Source: Pocillopora damicornis (taxonomy: Eukaryota). From it: a stretch of 63,991 bases of DNA. Each line of letters opens with the position of its first letter. Within the stretch, counting starts at the first letter, position 1. A program made the position numbers and the translations under genes. The notes under the pieces were generated by a model. The model did not search any database, had not been told where the DNA came from, and was given only the letters and a program-made list of their open reading frames with translations. Positions 14,391-26,632 of this stretch are shown piece after piece. Location of the stretch: assembly GCF_003704095.1 (NCBI RefSeq), contig NW_020846568.1:124010-188000 (forward strand), read 5' to 3'.

Positions 14391-15089
14391 TCCGTTTCGC
14401 AATTACGTAAAAAGAATGAATATAATAAATAAGTCAGCAGGAAGCCGGAATCATACTACAAAAAAAAAAACAACAATAAATGCTAGAAAGTTATTTTCAA
14501 AATTGTGTAACCAGATTTCGGAGAAATTGGGATTTAATAAGTGAAAAAAGTACCCACATTTGCTTCCCAAGGGTGCATACCGTACCACCAATCGAGATCA
14601 TTCAAATTTCTTCTAATTAAAAGCTATCTCACCGTTTTTCCCTTAATAATTGAAGTCATGTTTGCTTCTCTAGCCACTAAAGCAATTTTTTTTAACGATA
14701 ACTTTTACATTTCGGACGCCAAGTGAACTCGATTTTATCAACATATTTCTTCCGAAACATTCTCACTACTGAAAGATATTTTTATCAGTCGAGACTTTAT
14801 TTATATTATTTACTGAGTTAGACTAGGATATCTTAAGGCCCTGAATATATGTTTTGTTGAAAACTTGTAATTGCCCGTAAATAGGATAGAAGAACACGTT
14901 CCGTAAATAAGATGACCTATTCCACTTAGTCGAATTTTAGGCTGCAAATGATAGGGGGAGTCTCCTAAAACTGATGTGAGCGATTTGAGGGAAATTTTTA
15001 TCGTTTGGCCATGTCGAGTCTACAGGACATGAAAGTAAAACCTTCGCGGCTATAGATGCAATGAACAGAGAGTCGCAAGCACAAATTCA

Positions 15090-15305
15090 CACCCACCGAC
15101 GCAGCACCACAGTTTCTCTAAAAACTTGCCATATTTATTCGTTTTAAGTTTACAGTTACCTATTACAGGACGCAGCGCCACAGTTTCTATAGAAAGTGTG
15201 CCCCATTTATTCATTTCAAATGACGTTTACAGTTACCCACCGGCGCAGCACCACAGTTTTCTTTAGAAACTCGCTCCCTTCATTCATTTTAGGGTTCCAG
15301 TTACC
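15090..15305. repeat. Three tandem degenerate copies (about 70 bp period) of the R1 sub-motif ACCCACCGACGCAGCACCACAGTTTCT
   Basis: CGCAGCACCACAGTTT or CGCAGCGCCACAGTTT near 15100, 15171 and 15244, each followed by an A/T-rich stretch and CAGTTACC. Confidence 0.7.
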
Positions 15306-15934
15306 TCTTAAAGAGTAGATTTTCAAATAAATAAACCAGCATGAAGGGCATCCAATGCAATTAAACAATGCAGTCAGTCTGTTTTAAATATGATACCAGA
15401 ATCAGTGATCTAGATATCAGACAACAATTGCAAGAATTCAGTGTCCATCATTTTCTTCTGAACTGAGAACACAAACGGAACAAGTCAAAGTTCTTCTCTA
15501 AACCTATCTTCACCTGACTTCCTCATTTAGGAAAGATTACTTCGGGTAAGGATTTGAACAATATATCATTCCCTAACATTTTCCAGGTCATACAACACAT
15601 GTTGTGAGACCTTGCCAACTTTTGCATGATTCATTTTGACTTCCTACTGGCTTTCATATCAATTTCTAATGTGAAACGATGTCTGTGCAACATTTTTCAG
15701 TCGCCGTCCTACTTTAGGAAGTGTTCTCCATTTTCAGGAACACTATAAGAGAGTTCCATTACCGTAGTTGCCCAAAAGCAAATGGAACTCGAGTCCTTGT
15801 TTGTTGTGCCTTGTGTCGCGATAACTCTCGTAAGTCTCATCGTCATCGGTAGAGACCGCCATTTGGCAGTAAACAATTCTATTGCGAAACTTTATCGCGT
15901 GACACGCAAACGCTAGGGTTATAGAATGTTATAA

Positions 15935-16022
15935 TTTGGTTTTATCAATTTAATTGATATTGTAAATTGGCCACCGAAAAGATTTTCCGAAGCTGATGTT
16001 TTGAGCATAAGCCCATTGTCAA
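15935..16022. repeat. R1 family fragment
   Basis: TTTGGTTTTATCAA...TTGATATTGTAAATTGGCCACCG...AAGCTGATGTTTTGAGCATAAGCCCATTGTC matches the 14330-14390 segment. Confidence 0.65.
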
Positions 16023-18296
16023 AGACAAGATAATTTGTTTGTTTTTTTTTAACCAAATTATCAACACAATTTTTTTATAAACTTGCCCTTTTAATCATGC
16101 ATAGAATCTCTGTTTCGTATTGGTGACATTGTGACAACCATCCGCTTCCTGTGGCCGTTGCCTCTGTGGCTTTGATATTTAAAATTTTCTGCGTCATTGT
16201 ATAAGGACACGCTGCACCAAAATCACGAATTTCAGCCACTGAACGAATAAACACCTGAAGGTAGGCCAAGGGCTCTCCCTTTTGAACGCGATGAAAAGCA
16301 GATTAAGTTTGGCCATTGACTTCCTGCGTCTGTTTTTAATCGTTAATGCTTGTACTCCGTTAATTTTGCTTTCTTGTTGAATACCAGCATCTGTTTTTAA
16401 TCGTTAGTGCTCGGAATAGTGCATGGGAAATCAAGGTCCTTCTTTTCCATCATATCAAGTTTTCATCCCAGTAAATGGATTACTGAACCCCCCTATGAAG
16501 TGAAACAATAGGTGTACCTAGTGGTAATCATAGGTATCTCTATAAATGCTTTAAACCATATTATGCGATTCAGGAGACATTTCACCTACGCTTCGTACGT
16601 GTTCCCTCTCGATGTCCTCTCGAGGTTTCGTGACTTCATCCTGATTATTATTTCTGTCAAGGATAATTTGCACCGTAGCTGTTAAGTAATTTTCATTTTG
16701 TTAAGTGCATAGACATTTGAATCACATAAAGCAGAGAGAAAGAAAATTCATTTTACGTGCCTTGCGGAAAGCCTCAGATATTCGCATTGTTTATATAACT
16801 TACATAAATGTATCCGGGTTTAATGAAAATTTTCCTCTTTCTGAACCATTTTCTGAAAAAACAGCTCCGGGAGACCTTTACGAGGAAGATTGACCAACGA
16901 CGGGCGAGCAGTTAAAGAACCGCAATATTTGGTTAAAATCATGTAAATTAATAAAAATTACAAAGGAATCAGGCCATATTTTTCATTTGCTACGCTCGAA
17001 ATTGCGAGCAAAGTGTAAACTCCAAAACACAAAGAAATGTCAATTTCGTAAATACTAGCATCTCTCCTTACCCCTCTCTCCTATGTCTAAGTGTTTCATC
17101 ACGATTAGTCTCGATGGCCGAGTGATTCTACAAAAAATACATTAATAGGATTAACAAAGTATTTGCGCAAACTTCGCTTATTATATAAAAAGTGGGTATT
17201 AGATAGAAGGTTCCAGAACACCTTAGGCGCACAAAAGATACGTTATCTCACCGTGGTTATCAGGCGTCGTTTTTTCTATTGAAATAATTGCTCAGTTTGA
17301 AGTCCTTACGGGATATAACTGAAGTTGACGTCGTTAAATATCTCTTGCTACCAATTAAAGGTAAAAGCAATCCACGGGTTTCAATTAGAATTGGTAAGGA
17401 ATAGCTCTTTGTGGTTTCCTCGTATCATTACCTGCTACAAGCAATGATTTTCAAAGACCACCACAGCGATTTAAAAGAACGATGGGAGGCGAAGGGTCAT
17501 GTTAACTCCGCGGGAGTTCAAGATACAGCTATTGTCAAAATATATTTTCCATAGATAGTTGAATGCTGAACATAAACAAAACCGAAATCTTCTTTAATGT
17601 ACGTTAAAAATTAAATATCACTCACGACATCCCTTGAGTCAAAAAACTAATAAATAGGCAATTCTCTTGGGACAGAAACCAGTCAAAGAGGGGACGTTCA
17701 AATTTTGCGAAGTACGTTGAGAAGGTATGGCGACATTTGAACGAAGGGCCCTCGTTTAAATTTTGTGTAAGGTAAAAAAGGAGAGAGAGGGGGTAAAAAA
17801 TCGCAAAATATCGTCAAAATATGGGCTGAGACGAGAAAACTTCTAATTTTGGAAATTATCCGGCTTTGCAGTAGGCAGGATAACTTGTGCACAAGATGAT
17901 AAGTTTAGTCACTTTTAAACTTTTTGCATTGAATTTTCACTTTCCAAGTTGTGAAAAAAAAGGTAATATAGTGCGACAAATTTGCAAATAAGTGAGCGGA
18001 AAGCTGATTAATGGTTTGAGAAGAAATATTTTCTTTTAAGGGCAGCAACTAAGATTATTACGAAACTTCATCTCTGTTTAAAGGGAGGGAATTCCATTAT
18101 TGATTGATCAAAACTTAAAGAAGACGAACTTTTTTTTTTTTTATTATTTCCTTTTCATGTCACAAGATATAAACCATGCAGTTGTAAATCAGTTTGATCA
18201 TTGCTTTTGACTCGGTTCCCTTTTTTCTTTCTGATAAATAAGACGAGTATTTAACAAATTGTTTCATCTTAACACAGATATTTTGGGTGGATCGAA

Positions 18297-19391
18297 ATGA
18301 GCACCAACTGCTTAGAAACCAATGTAACATTTCCTGTGTACCTCCTGGACAAAGAACCGTTTGGAGTAACCATCTTACGAATTGGTTTCCAAATTGCCCT
18401 GGGCTTCTTGGGGGTTATTGGGAACATGACAGTCTGTGTGGTAATTATCCAAAAGCCCAAGGTACTTGGACCCGCAAGCCAGTACCTCTTCAGCCTGGCG
18501 ATAGCAGATCTTTGTACACTGATCTTCAATTTGCCAATTGCCATTTTAAAGGAGGAAGATCCGTTCAGGTGGTCACTTGGCCGAGCCTTTTGCCTGTACA
18601 TTATGCCGACTACAGAAACGTTCTTTGGCGCTGCTATTTTTTCTATCGGCTTGATTGGGTTCGAGAGGTACGTGAACATCGCTCGAAAAACAGCCCGCGC
18701 CCGGAGAAGGCTATCGTACAAGAAAAGGTGCTTTATTCTGATCGGTGTGTGGGTTTCTGCTTTTGCTTTTGGTTCCATTCCTCTGTATGCGTTTATGGAG
18801 TACGACTCGTGTCACAAAATGTGTTACCTCCCCTGGTCGATGACAGAATACATGACCTACATCATGACCCTCACGGTCCTTTGGTACGTATTTCCTCTGG
18901 CTGTCGTCGCCTTTAGTTACATAAAAATCGCGCAGCTGGTCTCCAAAAGGACCACTTCTCTACAGGGTATGCCTTATGGTTCCACGAGTATGGGAAACCT
19001 TCACTCCTCAAGTATCAAAACCATGCTGCGCCAAAAAAGGAAGACGTATCGCATCCTTACACCTTTAGTAATTTTGTTTGCGGTGTGCATGCTCCCATTG
19101 ACTCTGCTCAGATTGGTTGCGATATTTTGGACAGAGATTGCTTTTCAGCCATATTACACTGTTCTGCTTACTCTGATGGTTGTATCAACGATATTGAACT
19201 CTGCTGCAGACCCAGTCATCTACTGCGTTGTAAACAGGGAGTTCCGCCAGCAAGTTAAAAGTATTTTTGGTGTTACTCGCCTTTTTCAAAAGCTTGGGAG
19301 ATTTATTAGCATCAGAAGTTTATCTTTAAAGGGAAAAGGAAGTTTCACAGTTTCTGTCGAAAGCCAAACATCACAAACCACCCGTTTGTAG
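18297..19391 (+). CDS. Rhodopsin-class (class A) GPCR, peptide-receptor-like, single coding exon, 364 aa
   Basis: Seven hydrophobic segments. TM1 GN, TM2 LAIADL, ECL1 W-x-L-G-x-x-x-C, TM3 ERY, TM4 W, TM5 P, TM6 FAVCMLP, TM7 NS-x-x-DPVIY and helix 8 EFR. N-terminal NVT sequon. Confidence 0.95.
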   Translation: MSTNCLETNVTFPVYLLDKEPFGVTILRIGFQIALGFLGVIGNMTVCVVIIQKPKVLGPASQYLFSLAIADLCTLIFNLPIAILKEEDPFRWSLGRAFCLYIMPTTETFFGAAIFSIGLIGFERYVNIARKTARARRRLSYKKRCFILIGVWVSAFAFGSIPLYAFMEYDSCHKMCYLPWSMTEYMTYIMTLTVLWYVFPLAVVAFSYIKIAQLVSKRTTSLQGMPYGSTSMGNLHSSSIKTMLRQKRKTYRILTPLVILFAVCMLPLTLLRLVAIFWTEIAFQPYYTVLLTLMVVSTILNSAADPVIYCVVNREFRQQVKSIFGVTRLFQKLGRFISIRSLSLKGKGSFTVSVESQTSQTTRL

Positions 19392-20223
19392 AAACTTAGG
19401 GAGAGGAAACTAGGACCTTTAAATAGTAGAGCGGCCTTAAGAACTATGGAAGCAAATGAGAAAAGCAAAGATAACCAACTTCGATTACACTTTTATTTTC
19501 ACGTGCAAACGTGTAACGCATGATAAACATCGGTAATTAGTTGAAGGATACAGCGATAATTTTTAAGTTGGACTTGTAGCTAAAAGAGGTGTATCATGAA
19601 ATAAAAATAAAATTATCCTAACTCCCGCCCACATTTTGTAATCTCGCTTTCAATGTATTGTGAACGTGCAGTTTGAATCACCTTCGTGTGTCGGCTGTTT
19701 GTCACGGCATAACCGCTACGAACCGAACATAACGACCCAACGTAAAGTCATCAGCGTTTCTAAATACAATATCTATTTATTGAGTTCCTCTTTTTTTTTG
19801 AGACTTTGTCTGCGAATACGCATTAATGTTTGTGCACTGTGAGAGCAAAGAGTTTTCCTTTGTGACAGAGGCGTTACTTTCCAAATGTTTTCTCTAAACT
19901 GAAAGTCAAATTGATAGATAAAGCATTTGTAATTATGTGGTCTGTGATATCAAAAGAACAGCTTACAAAATGTGTTATGGATTAATTGGCCTGATAATTC
20001 TATTTTTCTGTGTCACCTTGTCTTTCACTTCTTAAGCCCAAGGGTAAATTAAGGAATTACCTACAGAATTCTCTGTTAACATTGATTTAAATGGTAATTA
20101 TTAAACGAAGTTGTTCGCCAGTCGCCAGCCAGTTTCTTGTATGCCCTAGAAGACAGAGATATTCAACGCTGTAATTTATTAGAGTCTTTAGACACGTTAG
20201 AACACAATAGGGCACAGAGTAAA

Positions 20224-21750
20224 TTAAACAACAACTGCTCCGATGCCGCGTGTGACAAATTTACACTCATCTTTCACATCTCCCTCTTCGACTTGGACTG
20301 GCTCTGTTAGATTTCGCTCTGCCCCAGAGTCTTCGTGTTCAATAGCGTGATAATTTTGTTCTCGATCGTTTATAAGTGAAGTATTCTCTGATGCGCCTCT
20401 TTCCCCAACTCCGCCCCCCCGGTTATCGTGGTCATGGCGACAGATACGGCATGGCAACCTGATGAACCCACGCCACCATAGAAAAAGGCACATGGCTAAA
20501 AGAGCTACTGCTGCAATTGATAATAGGATGTCCATTTCCCAATCTGGAAAACAAACAGATTTTATTTAGTTAATTAATAAACTGTTATTAATGACTAATA
20601 ATGATATACAGTGTTATCTTTCTACCTCTTTCCTTCGATTCACAGAAATTGCTATTTCAAAAGATTTGTTCCATCGAGCGCCGCTAAATAAGGCCCTTAC
20701 ATATAGTAATTTCAGTATTTTCGTTAAAAGAGAAGCTGTTGCAAACATAATTGTAACTTTAAGTAAGCTTTCCAACCAATTTAGAATCTCCACAGCTTTA
20801 GTTGACCCAGTTTTGTGAAGATAGTCCCCCCTACTGATCTCTTGATTGCCTCTAAGGTGTGTCAGAATTGAAATGTCTTTGCTTTGTTGAACGATAACGA
20901 CAAACAAAAGAACAACACAGAAGCTTTAGGCTTGACCTGAGACAAACATCTTACCTAGGGGCGCGGCTGTGGGTCCTGGTTTAGTTGAGGTAGGAGCTGA
21001 TTAATAAGGATAAACAGTGTTATCTTTCTACCTCTTTCCTTCGATTCATAGAAATTGCTATTTCAAAACATTTGTTCCATCGAGCGCAGCTAAATGAGGC
21101 CCTTACATATAATGATTTAAGTATTTTCGTTGAAAGAGAAGAGGTTGCAAACATGATTGTAGCTTTAAGTAAGCTTTCCAACCAATTTAGAATCTCCACA
21201 GCTTTAGTTGACCCAGTTTTGCGAAGACAGTCCTCCCCTACTGATCTCTTGATTGCCTCTAAGGTGTGTCAGAATTGAAATGTCTTTGCTTTGTTGAACG
21301 ATAACGACAAACAAAAGAACAACACAGAAGCTTTAGGCTTGACCTGAGACAAACATCTTACCTAGGGGCGCGGCTGTGGGTCCTGGTTTAGTTGAGGTAG
21401 GAGCTAAACACCGATTAGGACATCCACAGGGAGTTTTGAGGATAAATATCTATCAAAGAAAGATATAGGACGAAACTATTGAAATTCAACGAACTCAACG
21501 TTATACATTTGTCCAAAGTAATTTTGATTCATGATTTTGAGTGCATATCTTTTAGATCTCCAAAAAAATTTCTTTTTATTTGTCTAGTTTTTAATGTCTT
21601 TGTTTTTGTGTTGTGTCAGGGCTCCATTTAAACTAGCTCTCCTAAATTGGATGCTCCTGGATAAATAATTTGATTTTTTGATTAGAACAAGAAGGCTCGT
21701 GTTCTCCTTATTGATTACAAAACCCGATGAGCTTTTCTTCATTATAATGC

Positions 21751-21782
<32 letters not shown>

Positions 21783-24060
21783 ACCATATTTATTGAACTG
21801 GTGCTAACTGGTACAAGTTTAGCGGAAGGATCACTACTGCACTCGATTCTGACCGTGGAACCACCTCCTGTAAAAGGCCCTGATCTAGAAAACGGAACAA
21901 ATAATACCTTGTCAGCACCGCATGCATTAAAGGCTTCTTTCTGTCCAAAACGTATAGACGTTTAGAGGTAAATATGGACGAAGCTGGTTTACAAACAAAG
22001 TTTACCCAAAGAAGAAACAAAGAAACAATTTGCTGCAAACAATTTGAATACACGGCAGGAAAAGAAAGGCTGCAAAACGTGTCCGCAAGGACATGCATAT
22101 GCTTCTTCCCGCAAATCAATTCAACCTCATAGACGTGATTCTGAAGGTAACGTTTGGTCTACTTCGGAAAGTACTGTTAACTCACGTTACAGCATATTTC
22201 AGTGCAAACGGGTAATCATCAGTGGCTTCGCACTTAACGTCTTTCTGTTCACCAATATCTCTGTATACATGTGGTGTTCCCGTTGTGTCGTATTGACACA
22301 GCTGCATATGAAGAAAAGAGAGTAGATTTTGATAACCTCTAAGTCCATTAGGTCAGGTTTTTGTCGTTGACATATCTACCTTAATCCGGTACATATGACT
22401 TTATGTTCTGTTCAAAAGTCTGATAGTGGTTACAATTGCTTCATCCCAATGTAATTTATGCGAAATTCGTATATAGTTTGTTTTAATCATAGTGATTAAA
22501 ATGCAGATTCTAATTTCATGGAGAGATAAGAGACTTTTTGGGGAGTAGTCCTAATGTGGAACCGAACCAATGGCTACCATCCTGATGAGGAGACGCTGGA
22601 GGTGGATTGGCCATGTCACCCGCCAAGAAGCTTCCATTGCAAAAACTGCTATGCATTGGACGCCAGAAAGGAAACGCAAGCGGGTTCGCCCCAAGATCAC
22701 TTGGCGACGGACAGTTGAGAAGGAAATAAAGAAGATGGGGAAGACCTGGGAGGGCATCAAGTTCATAGCAAGGGATCGCCAGATGTGGAGGGAAAACGTC
22801 GCTGCCCTACATGCCTGTTAGGCGTAGAGGACATGAGAGAGAGAGAGAGAGAGAGAGTCCTAATAGCGAAAGAAGTGGAATCTGTAATGTGATATCTAGG
22901 TCTCATAAAAATAACGAACGAACCCAACTTGATTTTCCGTAATCCTTGTTTTTTGCTTACTAAACAGTCACGAGTCATCTCCCTTATAAGAATGAAAGGC
23001 TTCACAAATCCTTTAAGCTAAACTGAGGATATTTACGCGTAAATTAAGCGCAAGACGAAAATACTATACTTACTGCAACGTTCTTGCAACTTTCCTTATC
23101 CGGTTTCCTTGGAGAGATCAAATTGTCCGGCCCGCAAGGAAAGAAGGTATAGGTGTACTTATCTTTTGCATCGTTATAAATAATTCTTTCAAAAGAAAAT
23201 ACACACAAGATTAAATAATTAAGGCATATTGCTAATTAAAAAAATTAATCGATTAAAATGGTGCATCAATGACCTCATGTTGTCCAAACCTATAAACCCT
23301 TCATCAGCCAAAACTCACACGAAGTAAAATATCAACAATCTATGGTTCCTTTTCAGGTAAGATCTTTTACTACTTTTAGATACATAGATTTTTTTGTTTA
23401 CCAAGAAATACTCCATTCAGGTTAAGGTCTTTAACCCTTTAACTCCCATGAGTGAACTAAATTCCCCACAATAAATAAAATGAGTGAACTGAATTTCTCC
23501 TTACAATTTCTAAACAACATCAAGCAGAAGAGTGACGAGAACAAAGAAAAATATCAATTAGGGGATTATAAGTTGATCAAATACGAAATTCTCCAAAATA
23601 ACATCATAAGAATAATACCGCAGACAGTGAGAAGAATTGCCAATGAGATCTTGGGAGTGAAAGGGTTAAAGGGTGACTCCACTGGTACAACTGGTTGATA
23701 TTGAACCGATGACAAAGAGAAGATTTGAAAAATTGGCATCCATTGCAATTTCCTTTTGCTTTCTTACTCTATACTTTATTGCAATATTATCATAACCCCT
23801 TATCTCCTAAATGTGAGAACCCTCTTCTTTTCAGCTGGCATGCATGCAGATTTACAAAGTTGTAAGTTCCTAGTTTTCTCTAAAATGGCCATTTACCTCC
23901 TTCGTGGCATGGTAAATAAACTGTAAGTTGGGTGGCCTTTTCGAGCGCAAGTACAATTATCTGGCAACGCATCCCAAACATAACAGAAACATCCTTTCGA
24001 CATAAAAGAAATGATAACGTGTACTACCACTGGTGCAGATATCAAGATGGGTGGAGTCAT
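20224..24060 (-). CDS. Paralog A: type-I membrane protein with one MRH-like Cys-rich domain, 7 exons, 313 aa
   Basis: Exons 24060-23897, 23185-23074, 22301-22186, 21884-21785, 21449-21362, 20996-20955, 20543-20224. All introns are GT-AG; 942 nt in frame. Signal peptide, then DNCTC..YSL / YTYTFFPC..C..VA / LCQY..DIGEQ..C..LKY / STVRIEC / FILKTPCGCPNRC, stalk (APTSTKPGPTAAPL)x2, TM ILLSIAAVALLAMCLFLWW, tail with ENTSLI, YHAI and EPVQVEE. Confidence 0.85.
20596..21405. repeat. Near-identical direct tandem duplication (about 407 bp unit) spanning an exon-intron boundary of paralog A
   Basis: 20596-20998 repeats at 21002-21405 with only scattered substitutions. Confidence 0.92.
21751..21782. repeat. 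(AT)n(GT)n microsatellite next to the exon-4 donor of paralog A
   Basis: ATATATATATATGTGTGTGTGTGTGTGTGTGT seen directly. Confidence 0.9.
22556..22855 (+). mobile_element. 5'-truncated RTE-like non-LTR retrotransposon 3' end with (GA)n tail and 9-bp TSD
   Basis: ORF 22570-22821 RRRWRWIGHVTR...AMHWTP..KRKR.RPKITWRRTVE...ARDRQMWRENVAAL is the typical post-RT C-terminus of RTE-clade LINEs. (GA)n tail at about 22835-22857. AGTCCTAAT duplicated at 22547-22555 and 22856-22864. Confidence 0.85.
23431..23669. mobile_element. piggyBac-type MITE (TTAA-CCCTTT...AAAGGG-TTAA)
   Basis: TTAACCCTTTAACTCCCA at the left end and TGGGAGTGAAAGGGTTAA at the right. TTAA target site with CCC/GGG termini. Confidence 0.85.
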
Positions 24061-24197
24061 CTTATCCTGAGAGCAGGAGGAAAGACAATAAAAAACCAAA
24101 ACATTGTACACGGCAAGTGACTGACACGTTTTAAAATCCACAACATTACAATTAGTAAAAACACCAAAATTTAAGCTCGTAGTAGTCAACCATAATA

Positions 24198-24398
24198 TTA
24201 ACCCTTTAATTCCCAGGGGTGATTGACACGTAAGTTCGAGCTGATCCATACATTACCCAGCCAAAAGATAATGAGAATACTCATACTTATTAGTAAGAAG
24301 TTGTTCATTTGATCTAAAACTAAATTCTCTTAGCTAATTTAAAATAGAATTTTTTAAGCGGCCAAAGAGGAGAGTTAAAGTTGGGAGTTAAAGGATTA
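24198..24398. mobile_element. piggyBac-type MITE, related termini
   Basis: TTAACCCTTTAATTCCCA ... TTGGGAGTTAAAGGATTA. Confidence 0.7.
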
Positions 24399-25703
24399 CG
24401 GTAAATGCTCCAAGTAATTTTGTACAAACTGAACCCATCGGTAAAATCGTAGAATATTGGAGAGCAAAAGATTGATAAGTTAGTTGCTTTTTGGGAAAAT
24501 GTATTAAAGTGAATGTGTTCCAGCCCCCAGGGCACAAATAAATGTAAGATAACAAAGCCGTTGAAATTTGTATAAGCCTTCTTTGCTAACAGCTAATCAA
24601 TGGAAAATTGTTAGGACTTGGCTATTCATCGATATTCTACCATGTCCCTGGAGCTTGGCATCAAGAACACAACGGTTTTCGATAGCGTGACATTGAAATT
24701 TCGCGTTCGCTTTCGATTTCCCGAGGCAGAGAAAAGCAATACAGAGAATCTCATATCTATTTATCGCCTTTCGATCCAGATCGATTGGTAGTCTTTACTC
24801 ATATATTTTGCATCTATTAACTACAAAGTGAAATCATAGTTCAACAGGATGTTTTGTAGTAGCACAGCGTATGGAATCCACTGAACTCTCTCTCACTCTG
24901 TCAATATGCCGAGCCCTAAAACCAGCTGAACTCCGCGGGCGCATTCACTTTTTAACTGCAATAAACAGTTAGCTTGAGTTCGATTCCTTGTGTGCCCTGC
25001 TCAAGTTTGATCGTTAACCTGTGTTAAAAACCTGCTGCAGGAAAGTTCTTAAGTTCTCTGTTAAAGATGAATATTTGATTCAACACATGACTAACTTCCG
25101 CCCTTGAATATTTAAATTTTCGTTTCAGTATTGCAGTAACACCTTCCTATAAACTGTCCGTACCATGACACTGACTAAAAAGAGTAAACTGCTACTTAGA
25201 TAGATGACTTACTTGATTGATTTTCAATGTCACCTCAGAGAGAGAATAGGACTTTTATGTGGACAAGATATCAGAAAATATTCAAGGTATAAAATGCAAG
25301 TACTCTGCTGACCTATCTGTCGTCACGTATAGCTGTTTCATCATGATTTTCCGAGAATTAAGCTGATATTATTTATTGGTATCACTCGTGTGACACATAT
25401 TAGGTCACGTAAAGGTTCTGTTAGAAATTTTGGTTTTCGGAAGACAGCATGGCTGAGGTTGAGCTTAAAGCGCTGATGATAAAGCTTTCGGTTATGAAAA
25501 AAAGCTTTCTGACGTGGTTCTGTTAAAATAATGGACAAAGAGGTTTTATATCGATGACTATAAATTTGCTGAGAGATATTGTTTGGGGAATGTTAGAATG
25601 ACTGGTTGGCCCTACCTCCGCTATAGAGTGTTTCTGTTCAGACCATGAAAAGGTTTCGCAAATCCTCAGGTATTTGGAGTTAAGCAAGTACAAACAAGAA
25701 GTG

Positions 25704-26212
25704 CAGTCGAACCTCGATTATCCGGACTCATCGGAACCTCGGTAAATAGTCCGGATAATCGAGAGTCCGGATAATCGAAAATATGAATATTAATGAGATA
25801 GAAATGTGAAATAATTATCTGCTTATCTTTAATCAATAGAACGGCTAGCTTTCGCTTCGTAGGCAGGTTTTTGATTTGAGTTTACGATCGATCGCTCGTG
25901 TGTTTACATGACCCACGCGGAAGGAACTAAACAAGCATGAAATTCCCTTGGCAACAAAACAATTGAGCCAACCATATTTCAGCTGAACGCATCAGAATAT
26001 TTCTTTGTCTCGTCGCACTTTCGAATTTTGAAAAGCGCACAGGATAATACGATGTTTCAACAGTCTTTTGAAAGGATTATTGGGCTTTTTGCGACTTTGA
26101 GTTTTCAAAATCACAACTAATTAATATTCATCGAAAAATTGGGACCCGAGAAGAAAGTCCGGATAATCGAATAGTCCGGATAATCGGGGTCCGGATAATC
26201 GAGGTTCGACTG
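25704..26212. mobile_element. Tc1/mariner-pogo-type MITE with long TIRs
   Basis: CAGTCGAACCTCGATTATCCGGAC at 25704 and GTCCGGATAATCGAGGTTCGACTG ending at 26212, followed by TA. Subterminal GTCCGGATAATCG repeats at both ends. Confidence 0.88.
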
Positions 26213-26632
26213 TACTGATTTTTTTTCTTCGTTTTTACGCTTACTCTCACTATTATTTATCATCCATTGACACTGAGATCTTCCGGTCATACCTTCCGTT
26301 AAAATGCTTGAGGGCGAGAGGAAAAACAACGAATTCTCTTCTTACTCAATTCTAATTGGAATCTTTCTTGCAAATCTTTTTTCTTAAATCGAGATATCTA
26401 GAAGAAAATCACTCCTGGAAATGCAATTAATTAGTTCTCAAGTTATGAAAATAAGACCTTTTCCAGAGCAGAACTTAAGCCATCTCNNNNNNNNNNNNNN
26501 NNNNNNNNNNNNNNNNNNNNNNNNNNNNNNNNNNNNNNNNNNNNNNNNNNNNNNNNNNNNNNNNNNNNNNNNNNNNNNNNNNNNNNGATTATTTTCGAAA
26601 CTATTTATAATTTCTCGAACTCGATGTCTTAC

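Noticed and set aside
18269-18916. 169-aa antisense and 209-aa alternative-frame ORFs over the GPCR
   Set aside because: Expected shadows of a relatively GC-richer coding exon; the 209-aa frame lacks a true ATG start.
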